In this document: one piece after another, positions 31,520 to 43,200 of the stretch
Layout of the letters: every line of letters begins with the position of its first letter
Numbering within the stretch: position 1 is the stretch's first letter
Source: Sphyrna mokarran
Lineage: Eukaryota
DNA length: 64,000 bases
Assembly: GCA_024679065.1 (NCBI GenBank)
Contig: JAGIQG010000031.1
Span: forward strand, 17,360,001-17,424,000
Reading direction: 5' to 3'
Position numbers and translations under genes: made by a program
Notes under the pieces: model-generated
Told to the model about the DNA's origin: nothing
Databases searched by the model: none
The model's input: only the letters and a program-made list of their open reading frames with translations

Positions 31520-33010
31520 ATGTGGGGCATCAGTTGGGTCGAGAACTGGCTCGGGAGGAGAAGACAGAGGGTAGTAGTGGAAGGCTCTTTTTCCGGCTGG
31601 AAGCCTGTCACTAGTGGAGTGCCACAAGGCTCAGTACTAGGTCCTCTTCTATTTGTGGTCTACATAAACGACTTGGAAGTAGGGGTAGGTGGTGAGATCA
31701 GCAAATTTGCTGATGACACCAAGATGCTTGGATTGGCGGGTACAGAGGAGCAGTGTCAGGCAATACAACAGGACATAGACAGGTTGGTAGACTGGGCAGA
31801 TAGATGGCAAATGGAATTTAATCCGGATAAATGCGAGGTGATGCATTTTGGCCGGAAAAATGCAGAAGAGAGTTATAGTATAAAAGGTAAAACTATACGG
31901 AGCATAGAGACGCAGAGAGACTTGGGGGTGCAGGTTCACAAGTCTCTGAAGGTGTCCTCACAGGTGGAGAAGGTGATAAAGAAGGCGTATAGTATGTTAG
32001 CTTTCATAGAAAAGGGTATAGAATACAAGAGTAGGAGTTTGATGTTGCAGTTGTATAGAACTTTGGTTAGGCCTCACTTGGAATACTGCGCCCAGTTCTG
32101 GTCTCCGTACTATCGGAAGGATGTGGAGTCCTTGGAAAGAGTGCAGAGGAGGTTTACCAGGATGCTGCCTGGTATGGAAGGACTGTCTTATGAGGAACGA
32201 TTAGATAGACTGGGGTTGTTTTCCCTTGAAAGACGTCGGCTTAGAGGGGATCTCATAGAGGTGTATAAGATTATAAGGGGTATAGATAGAGTAAATGGAG
32301 GTAAACTTTTTCCACCTTTAGAAATGGATAGGACGAGGGGTCATGGCCATAGGGTGAGGGGGGCTATGTATAGGACGAATATTAGAGGGCAGTTTTTCAC
32401 ACAAAGGGTAGTGGGGGTGTGGAATGCACTGCCGAGTAAGGTGGTGGGAGCAGGCTCGCTGGGGCTGTTTAAGGGTCTCTTGGACAGCCACATGAGCGGT
32501 ATGCAGATAGAGGGATATATTAGGACTGTTTAACTACGGCTTTTTTCCACAGGTAATTCGGTCCATACTTTGAGCATGCATTCGGCAGGTGGTGCGGGTA
32601 CAGCTCTTGGATGTTGATTCATGGGTTGCCTGGTACCTCATGTCGTAAATGAATGCTTTATGTGGACCATCTGAAGGGCACCATGACAGCTCAGAGACTA
32701 TCGATGTGGCTGTGCAGACACTTGGAATTGGGCCGGTGTCTGCGGGAGTTTGCGCGTTCTCCCCGTGGTTGCGTGGGTTTTCTCCGGGCACTCCGGTTTC
32801 CTCCCACAACCCAAAAATTCGCTCTTAGGCTGATTGGGAAACAAATTGTCCCTATGGTGAAAATTTTCCATATTAGGAATAATATATATATTATTATATA
32901 GGAATATTAAAATAGGATAATGTATTTGCTACTATGTAGTATGACGGCGGCGTGGGCTCGTTGGGCCGAAGGGCCTGTTTCCCGTGCTGTGTTGCTTAAA
33001 TTAAAAAAAA
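31520..33010 (+). mobile_element. Young 5'-truncated CR1 LINE with uninterrupted 337-codon ORF2 segment and composite 3' UTR (hairpin, V-SINE domain, CR1 tail)
   Basis: SGVPQGSVLGPLLF..YINDL, KFADDTK and RPHLEYC, with no stops before the TAA at 32533. Tail GGGCCGAAGGGCCTGTTTCCCGTGCTG followed by an A-rich end. Confidence 0.92.
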
Positions 33011-33759
33011 ATTTAAAAAATCTCATTGAGTTAAGATCAGTTGTGTCACTCGGATTATTTAGAGTAGAGCATAGATCAGGCAGTTGGGCTATTTCCCCCA
33101 CTAGTTCATTTATGATCTAACCATCTTTCCTGATCTAAACTTAACATTGTCACCTTCTATTTATCTAAGAAAGCATTTCCGCCTTTAGCAGTTTGACTTT
33201 GTTCTTGTGTGTTTCATTGAACTGTCCTCATTTATCGAGCCAATATTTCCATGTGGGAAGATGTTTTTAAAAAAAAACCTGTGCCATGATCTGAAGAAGG
33301 GCAGATATCTTCTCTGATCAGCTAACACATTGCTTGGGTTCTTGATCCGTTTGTGGAACCAATTTTTTTTTTGGTTCCTATTATACCTGATATTCTCAGG
33401 CAGTCACCCATTCAATTATTAACCAGGACTGAGTCTGTTTAGTTTCTGACATTAGACAAGATCGGGTGTTTTCAGAGAAATGTGGCCATAGGCCTATTTG
33501 TGGAACCTTGCTGTACAGCTATTAGTTGTTTTGAATTGCCAATAAATCAATGTCTTTTTGGTACTGAAGAGACTAAGTGGGTTACTGTTCTTGATCTTGC
33601 AGACTTTCAAGATTTTAATCATCATGAGCCTTCAATTTTAAAATGTAGGCGACTGAATCATTCATTTTTGCAACACGTCGAACGGAGAAACCAAACGAGC
33701 TGTAACGTTCATTACAGTAAAAAATGCAAATTTGAAATGTTGTAAGATTGCAACCAGCA

Positions 33760-34013
33760 GCAGCTGGTGCCTCTCAGCTGACTGTTGTCTAGGAACCTTT
33801 ATTTCAAGACCAGGTGACTGGGGGGGCGTTTTGTCGCGGTGGACGGAATCTGACGGAAGTGTCTCGGGGAAAGTCGCCGTAAAAAAAGGGAGAAAGTTAA
33901 AGAAAAAAAGGAGGCGAAGCTTGTTCCCGTGCGACAGTCGGCTCAGGGTTCGAGACTGACGGCGAATTAGAGTCCTTGGCGTCGAAGGGTGGGTTCACTT
34001 CCCAGCTTTGGAA
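33760..34013 (+). promoter_or_regulatory. CpG-rich NUDCD3 promoter / 5' UTR with ETS(GABP)-like motifs
   Basis: High CpG density, with tandem CGGAA(T/G) motifs at 33844 and 33854 (CGGAAGTG) upstream of the ATG. Confidence 0.6.
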
Positions 34014-34211
34014 ATGGATGGGCCCCCCGAGAGGACCGAGATGTACGACCAGGCGCTACTGGGTATCCTGCAGCATGTCGGCAAGATCGAGAACTTTCTG
34101 GAAGTTTTCTTCGGCTTTCTGTACAGGAAGACCGACTTCTTCCGCCTGATGGTGCTGAAGGAGGACAAGCTGGGCTTCCCGCCCGGGGTGGCCGAGAAAC
34201 TAGCCTTGAGG
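34014..34211 (+). CDS. NUDCD3: NUDCD3 exon 1
   Basis: MDGPPERTEMYDQALLGILQHVG...EKLALR; donor |GTGAGT. Confidence 0.95.
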
Positions 34212-37200
34212 GTGAGTGCCGGGGGTGGGGGGTGGATGGCAAACTGTCTCAGCACCGCTTTGTTCACCAGTCTTCTTCAGTTCACTGTCCGTGTCCTCTT
34301 CACACCAATGTCTCATCATCCCACATCCAATTCCATTCACTTATCAAAACTGTGCTCACTGACCTGTGTTAACCCCGGATTTGCAGACTTCCTCTTTGGT
34401 AGCCTCCACTCCGTAATCCTCTGATCTCGAAGTGCTTCTCCGATTTGGCTTCTTATACCTACCTGATTTTAATTGGTCCGCCATCATCTCTTGAGATCTA
34501 AAGCACTGGAATTCCCACTTGAATATCGCTGGCTCTCCTTTTAATTTCCCTCGTACTCGTTACTTAAAACCTGCCTTACCTGTGCTCCTTTCTTTGGCTC
34601 AAATTGGGTTGAAGTCACGTTTGTGAAGGACCTTGAGATGTTTTACTGTGTTTGAGGTATTAAAGGATCTGTTATTGTTGCTGTTTGGCCACTAATTCGC
34701 TGATGACAATCATATTGATCCTGACTGTCACTCTGCCAAGGCCAGCAAGCTCAGACACCTGAGACTTCGAGAATTTGTGCTTCAACCACTTCTCAAATGA
34801 TTACAGCATAGACACATAGACAATCAAAATGATCAATTTATTTTAATATACAGGCATCCCAGGTGAGGGACACAAATGCACACAGCGTAGCATTGGAGTT
34901 GGCTATTGGTTGTTCAAAATTTTACTGGCTTTGCTGTCAAGGGCCCCTTGTAAAGAGAAAAAGAAACTGCACAGGAGAAATGCTGATCTGAAAACTGCAC
35001 ACGATGTAAATGGCTGATGGCCAGAATCTTGAAAACAGTGTGGTCAAAAATACAAGTCTCCAGAATAATACTAAGCCGCCTTTTATGTTTTCAACAGCGG
35101 GTTTCTCATTAAGGTCTTGCACCTTTTCTACTATTATATAATTTTATTTTTTTTAATGTCTAGGATGTTTTAACTTAGAAGAAGTATATCCATTGTTGGG
35201 TTGATTTGATGGGTAATGTCTGAGGCATATGAAGCATTCTGAAGATTGGAATGGGTGACGTACATGAAGCTGCAAACTATAAGCAGTCCTGGGAGGGAGT
35301 GGTTCTTTATTGGATCCCTCAACAAATTTATCATGACTGGGGAAATTGTTTCTACAAGGGATGGGGATGGCAATAGTGGGATGATATGGTTGAGAAGTAA
35401 GATGGTTAAAATACATATGTGTGGCAAAATTACTGTTCTAGTTATTTGAAGCAATGTATTATTTTAAAGCTATTCTTTGTGAAGATTCAGGAGATTTGAA
35501 TCAAAATGTTTTCAAAAAGCTTTCAGGTGAATTGAAAGGATATGTTAGAGTTGATTCCATTGACAAAGATGATAACTGCTTCAATTCTTCAGAATTTCGA
35601 CCCAGTCAAACTCTGGCATGCTTCTAAGCAACCTGAGACTTAAGGAAGGATCACCACAGAAATCTAGGACAAGAGGAGGGATAAGGCCATGGAGGTATTT
35701 GAAAACAGTGATTAAGATTTTTAAAATTGCAGTGGTGTTGCCAGATAGGAAGTCTATGAAATTGTCATACTCGTGCAACATGGGATGTTTTCTTAAACTA
35801 ACAAATTTAGTCCACATCCAGAGGTGCTTGAATAGCCCAGGGTGGACTTTTGATTTTCCATGTTGTTTAATTTCGACCTGGAGTACATGCTGCATTAACA
35901 ACACACTTCATTTTAGTAAAGAATGTTGAAGGGATTCATTGAATTACAATTCATTCAGTTATAATATTGCTCTCATTTGATTTTATTATCACGTTTTGAT
36001 ATACAGTGAAAAGTATTGTTTCTTTCATGCTATTTAGACAAAGCATACCTTTCATAGAAAAGGAAAGAGAGAGTGCAGAATGTAGTGTTACAGTCATAGG
36101 GTATAGAAAAAAATCAACTTAATATAAACTGTATTTTTAGCAGTACTGCGGCGCTAAATGTACAATTGTGACTAAGTGCTTTGTGGATCTCTGAGTTGCA
36201 AGAATTTCCCATCTCTGAATCGAGAATGTTGTGTTTGATTGCTGTTTGCAAAGGATACACTGCCAAGCAAAAGTCTGTGTGCTAGTACATTGTTATTAGC
36301 AAGGTTGTTGTCTTTTTTGAAACTCATGTAAGAACATTTGAATCCTAATGTCAGATGTGCTTGATTTGAATTGATTTGAATTCAACATAATGGTTTCCAG
36401 CAGGGTAACAAGTTAACCTGTAAATTGTATAAAAACTGGTGATTGTTTGGGGCATTAAAGAGTTAAACAACAATTAACAGGGATCAGTGTTTTGTGAAGG
36501 ATATGAATGAAATCATAAAGTGTGACAGTAAGATGACGGATTCAAGATAATGCGACATCACAGAATAATAAATATAAAGTGCTTAGTTTCAGCCATTGGT
36601 CATGAAAGGAATTATGTAAATACAAGATTATTTTAAAAGGATTCTTTTTGACAACATAGTCCCAACAACTTAATTGCACTAGTGAGTGCCTGTTTCTGAA
36701 CTCTGAAAGTCAACAAAAGTGCCCTTAGCTCTGTTTTACTGTGTTTCAGTTGCCAGATCCTTGTCAGGGGAGACCCCTCGCTGTTGCCAATGGATTACAT
36801 AATGAGGGAATTATCAGGTGTAGTGTCTTGATATTGAGATGCAAATTTATTGAAAGGATGGAAGGCAGGGATGCTCGCAAAGGGATATCCCACAAGCATA
36901 AATTTTGTTCTGTGTCTCTTGTGATATTTTGCATGCCTGTCACCATTGATGCCTGCTGCAAATACGATGCAAAATCATGGCTATCCACTTCCTGTCTGGC
37001 AATATATCAACTTTGAAACACTCTCTGCCTTGTTTTCAAACACCTGGAAGGTTACATCCCTTCCACCTTTGTAACTTCTTCAGTCCTGATACTCTCCTAA
37101 GGTATTCGAATTGCTTTGAATCTAATGTTTTGCATGTCCCTGATTTTCATTGCTCCATCTGGTGACTGTGCTTTCAGCTGCCCAAGCTCCAAAGCTAGAA

Positions 37201-40200
37201 TTGTCTTCGTAGCACAGTTTAAAAGTAAAAGTACCTCTCTTCCTCTCTGCCTTAAGACCCTCTTTAAAATATACCTTTAATCATCTTTTCCATTAGCTCT
37301 CATTTTTAAAAAAAAGTCCTCAATATTGATCTCAATTCTGATGAAAGGTCATCCATGTTCCCCCCCGTGTGGATTTCCTCTGGGTGCTCCAGTTTCTTCC
37401 CACAGTCCAAACAATGTGCGGGTTAGGTTCTTTTGGCCATGGTAAATTCTTCCTCTGTGTTCCCGAACAGGCGCTGGAGTGTGGTGACTGGGGGATTTTT
37501 ATAGTAACTTCATTGCAGTGTTAATGTAAGTGTGCTTGTGACACTAATAAACTTTAAACCTGAAATGTTAACTCTATTTCTCTCTCCACATATATTGGCA
37601 GAACTACTGAGTATTTGCAGCAATTATTGTTGTCATTTCTCACATCCACAGAATTTTGCTGTTCTAATGTCTTCTTATCAAATTTTATTAGATTGTACAA
37701 CTGTTCCTGCGGATATTTTCCAAAGGTGATGTGCAAATTAAATTTCTTTTTGATGATAAACAGTCCAATCTGGTGAAATGGCACCCAAGGGGCTCTAGAT
37801 TTTGTGACCCTCAACTCATTTTGTTTTGGATTTGGTTTTCACTGCTTCAGGATTTGTTGTGGCTTCTGCAAGGGAAAGAGCAGCTTTCTTGTCAATGGCT
37901 TCAGCCGGTCCAGCTGCAACCAAGAATTCTTCAGCCAATTGACCTTTTTAATTGGACATACATTGTTTCAGGAATAGAAACAAATGTAGCTGAATGATCT
38001 ACTTCAGCTTCTCCAGCCTGCTTTGCCATTGAATGATATCGTGCCTGACCTGTACCTCAGTTCTAATCTCTCATCTTAGCGCTTATCATCTCATGATATC
38101 ATTGCCTTACATAAAGTGTTATGATTACACTGTTGAATCAGTGTTTTCATTTTCATTTTGTTTTCAAGGCTTTCAAGAAGTTTGAACGTTATTCCATTCA
38201 AGATAATGAGAGACGGGTGAAAGAACTGGAGAAGAAACTGAATGACAGGAAAATGGAAGAAGAAAAGCTGTGTGTCCCACTTCCTGGTCAGGAGGTGGAG
38301 ATTGAGTCAGCAGCAGAGGAGCAACCTGAAGCAGAGGCAGCAGTGACAGCTGAACAGAACACTGTGAGCACAAAGAAAGATGAGCAAGCGATTCAGGCAG
38401 ATGTACAGAAACCTGCTACTACTGATAAACAGCTAGAGGGCACTGCTACTGCACCAGTTGTGAAACAGGAGCACTTTAAGCTTTCCAAGTATGTGCACCC
38501 ATTTGTTCTTAATATAAAACAGAGTAAGAATTAATATCCACACGTGTTGTAGTTCTTATGATGTGACTAATCGCTGTATAGTCTTTTTCAGAAAACTTGG
38601 GGGTTGTTGTCTCTGCTTCTCTGCAGTTGGGTTCCACCTCATTGCGCCAAGCAAATGTAGCAGATTCTCTGCTGCATTGCAGATATTACTTGTCATAGGG
38701 TTTGACTCAGTGTTTGACTGCTCCCTTTACAGCATTTATACTTGAGTGAATCTGTGTCCCTGACATGGCAGCTTGAGTGACTGTGAAAGGAATAGGACAA
38801 TAGCTTTTTAAATCAGGGCAACTGGACCTGAATAATGGATAATTAGAATGAATAATAAGGAGTAGCACTGTAATGATGGAAAGGTTATTTTCTGGATTGG
38901 TACCAGGAATGAAAGACTAGAGAATTAATATTTTTCATTTTCAAATACAAAAGGTTAATAAGGGACGTAATAGAGGCGTTGAAAATGACTGACCGGCTCC
39001 TGATAGAGGGTCATATTCTTAGAAGTACAGGGTAAAGCCAGAATACCTGATGAGTACTCCTTTAGGATATTTACAAAGGAAGAGGAATCTGATAAAATGT
39101 TGCAGATAGTAGAGACAATACAAAGTAAAAGTTGAGAAGGATGAAGTATTGTAATGCCTGAATATGTCAGTGGATTAATGACTTGTTCTGGATGGTTTGC
39201 GTTCCACGACATTGGAAGAAGTGCAGGTTGAGATAATGGAATCTTGCTATCTTCCTCAACCCAGGGGACTGGATAGTGCAGTTGTGTCAGGCTAGAGCTA
39301 TTGTCATTCACATCTTTTTCAAATGATCTCTTGTTGCCTTGCCACTCATTTCCAGAATCCTCATTTACAACAAGGGTTCATGAGAGGGAAATGGGAACAT
39401 TTAAATGGAAATGGGAGGAGGAAAGGGAAGGAATTAAAGAATTCTTATTTAAAGGTCAAACAAAAAGGTTTCAGTTATCTTCACAAATATGTAATTAAAT
39501 CCCAACACGATAAAACCGTTCTGCGTGGGTTAGATAATTGTGCTCTGAATGACTTAGAGTTTTGAATATCTGAATATTAGTTCAAAAGTCAAAAAAAAAA
39601 CACTATTAAAACAGAAAAAAACTATTAATATAAAATTAATGTTTTATTGTATCACATCTAACTGTCCATAGTGACTGTTATAAATCATCCAGTTCAGAGC
39701 AATGTTTTCTGAATGTTTATGAAATTTTTGGCCAATAAGATACAAATAATATTTGTTCTTTGTAAATAATAAATTAAGAAGTTTCTTGAAAAAGATTGTA
39801 TTTATTCATGAGCCCCACTCCTGTAAAGAAGTGAGAACATCAGAAATAGGAGCAGGAGAAGGCCATCTAGCCCCTCGAGCCTGCCCACCATTCAATAAGA
39901 TCATGGCTGATCTGAAGTGGATTAGTTTTACTTACCCACATGCTCCCCATAACCCTTAATTCCCTTATCGATCAGAAATCTGTTTACCCGTGACTTAAAT
40001 GTATTCAATGAGGTAGCCTTCACCACTTCAATGGGCAGAGAATTCCAGAGATTCACCACCCGCTGAGAGAAGTTCCTCCTCAACTCTCTTCTCAACTGAT
40101 TCCCCCCTCCCCCTCTTATTTTGAGGCTGTGCCCACTTATTCTGGTGTCCATTCTAAGTAGAAAGAATCTCTTTACCTCTACCCTATCTAATCCCTTCAT

Positions 40201-43200
40201 TATCTTATATGTCTCTATAAGATCACCCCTCAGTCTTCTAAACTCCAACAAGTACAGGCCCAATCTACTCGATCTTTCCTCATAAGCTAAACCCCTCATC
40301 TCCGGCATCAACCCGGTGAACCTTCTCTGTACTCTCTCAATGGCCAATATATCCTTTCGCAAATAAGGGGACCAAAATTGCACACAGTACTCTTGTTGTG
40401 GCCTCACCAATGCCTTGTACAGTTGCAGCAAGACTTCTCTCCTTTTATATTCTATCCCCCTTGTCATAAAGGCCAACATTCCATTCGCCTTCTTGATCAC
40501 CTGCTGTACCTGCAGACTGAGTTTTTGCAATTCATGCAGAAGAACCCTCAGGTCCCTCTGCTCAGTAGTGTATTGTAATTTTTCACCATTTAAATAATAT
40601 TCCATTTTATTATTATTTCTTCCAAAGTGGATAACCTCACATTGGCCAACGTTATACACCATCTGCCAGATCCTTGCACACTCATTCAGCCTATCTAAAT
40701 CTCTCTGCAGACTTTCCACATCCTCCACGAATTCACTTTCCCATCATCTTTGTGTCATCAGCAAACTTTATTTTTCTACACTCAATCCTTTTCTCCAGAT
40801 CATTTATGTATATGGTAAACAGTTGAGGCCCAGCACCGATTCATGCGGCACGCTATGAGTCACCAACTGCCAACCAGAAAAGCACCCATTTATTCCAATT
40901 CTCTTCTTCCTGTTAGATAGTCGATCTTCAATCCATGCTAACACTTTACCCCCAACTCCGTGTACCCTAATCTTCTGCAGTAACCTTTTGCGAGACACCT
41001 TATCAAAAGCCTTCTGGAAATCTCAAAATACCACATCCATCGGTTCCCCTCTGCCAACCACATTAGTCACGTTTTCATAAAAATCCAGTAAATTCGTCAA
41101 ACTCCACTTTCCCTTCGTGAATCCATGCTGCATCTGCTTGATCGAACCGTTCTTTTCCAGGTGTCCTGCTATTTCCTCTTTAATGAGGGATTCCAGCATT
41201 CTCCCAACTATGGATGTTAAGCTAACCAGTCTGTAATTACCCACCTTTTGTCTACTTTCTTTTTTGGAAAACAGCTACACTGTTGTTTAATCAGCCGGCA
41301 CTTCCCCAGAGTCCAGTGAATTTTGATAAATAACTTCTAACACATCTGCTGTTACTTCTGCCATTTCTTTCAGTACCCTGGGATGCATTCCATACGGGCC
41401 CGGGAACTTGTCTACCTTCAGTCCCATTAGTCTACCAAGCGCTACCTCTTTAGTAACAGTAATTGTATTAAGAACCTCATCGACCTCTATCGTTAATATC
41501 CGTTAAGCTATTTGTGCCTCCACCGTGAAGACTGACACAAAAAACTTATTTAAAGTCTCAGTCATTTCCTTGTTTCCCACTATTAAATCCCCCACTCTTG
41601 ACGTCCAAGGAGTCATCATTCACTTGAGCCAGTCTCTTCCTTTTTATATATTTGTAAAAACTATTTTTTTTTATATTTTGAGCTAATTTAGTTTCATAAT
41701 CTATCTTTCCTTTCTTTATTGCTTTCTTAGTTGTTCTTTGTTGTTTTTTTTTAAAGATTTCCCAATCTTCTGATTCCCCACTATTTTTGGCCACTCTGTA
41801 CGCATCGGTTTTTAATTTAATACTCTCCTTTATTTTCTTCGTTATCCATGGCTGGTTATCCCTTTTCTTATAGTCCTTTTTTTTTAATCACCGGATATAT
41901 TTTTGCTGACTACTGAAAAAACCTCCTTAAAAATTCTCCACTGTTCCTCAGCCACCCTACCAACCAGTCCAAGCTCCCAGTCTGCGTTAGCCAATTCCAC
42001 TCTCTTCCTATCATATTCCACTCTGTTCAAGCAGGAAACACTGGTTTGGCACTCTACTTTCTCCATCTGTATCAGATATTCAACCATATTGTGATCACTC
42101 ATCCCAAGAGGATCCCTCACGAGAAGAGCCTTAATTTTACCTGTCTCATTACATAGTACCAATTTTAAGATAAAGTGCTACCTTATAGGTTCTGTAATAT
42201 ACTGTTCAAGGAAACTATCCCAAAAGCATTCTGAGAACTCTTCCTCAAGCTCACCGCATCTGACTTGAGTCAACAAATCAGTGTGCAGGTTAAAATGCCC
42301 TGTGATTATTGTCGTTCCGTTTTTGCACACATCCATTATTTGCTTTATAGCCCTCCCCACCTTAAAGTTATTATTTGGAGGCCTATTGACCACACCAACC
42401 AGTGACTTTCTCCCCTTACTATTCCTTATCTCCACCCACAATGATTCCACGTTTTGGTCCTTAGAGCCTGTATCGTCTCTCACTACTGCCCTGATATTAT
42501 CCTTTATTAACAGAGTTATCCCACCTTTTTCTTCCTGTCTATCCTTCCTAAATATCTGATAACGCTGAATATTCAGTTCCCAGTCCTGGTCACCCTGCAG
42601 CCATGTTTCTGTAATGTCCACCAGACTGATTTGTGGCATTGGTTCATTCACTTTGTTTTGAATGCTTCGTGCGTTCAGGTAAAGTGTCTTTATGCCAGCC
42701 TTTATCTGGACCCGATTTGTAGAAACACTACTAACCTCTCCCGAGCCCTCTACTCCTTTAACTAGTTGAATATCCTCAACCTGTATTCATACCCTCTCCT
42801 TGACCTTTGATTTTGTAATTCCCCATAGCCCTGCGCGCGTGTGCGCACACATGCACCCCTAATATATATTATTAAGTATTGTTAGTATTAAGTTTAAGAT
42901 GTCTATTGCTTTCCTGTGCCCTGTCCAAGCTGGGCACACGACTGGTACATATTGGAGCTCTTGAGAGATGTTAAGGTCCCTGGACTGGGACAAGAATGGG
43001 CTACATGACTTCTTTTTAGCAACACTGCTGAGTATTGCAGTAAGTTAGCAAACTGTTTTGACATTTCTTGGATTTGAATCCTGCCCAACTGATCCGTTGA
43101 AACTGTCTTTAGCTGGATGTCAGGATGATCTGTGAAAGGCGTTTGGGCAGTGCTTACACAGCATTTGGTTGGTGTGTATCCACGTCACAGAATCATTTCC

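Noticed and set aside
31520-32533. 337-aa ORF as a host gene
   Set aside because: It is the C-terminal part of CR1 ORF2, and the ATG comes from the 5' truncation junction.
32534-32809. 91-aa minus-strand ORF conserved in two places (also 50378..50653)
   Set aside because: It is an antisense reading of the V-domain/3' UTR (WEETGVPGENP is the usual V-SINE artefact). The conservation reflects recent copying.
33967-34424. Several overlapping ORFs around NUDCD3 exon 1
   Set aside because: GC-rich shadow frames and intron read-through of the real exon.
42830-42858. Alternating purine-pyrimidine run (possible Z-DNA)
   Set aside because: Short, ordinary microsatellite-like tract at a LINE boundary with no supporting context.
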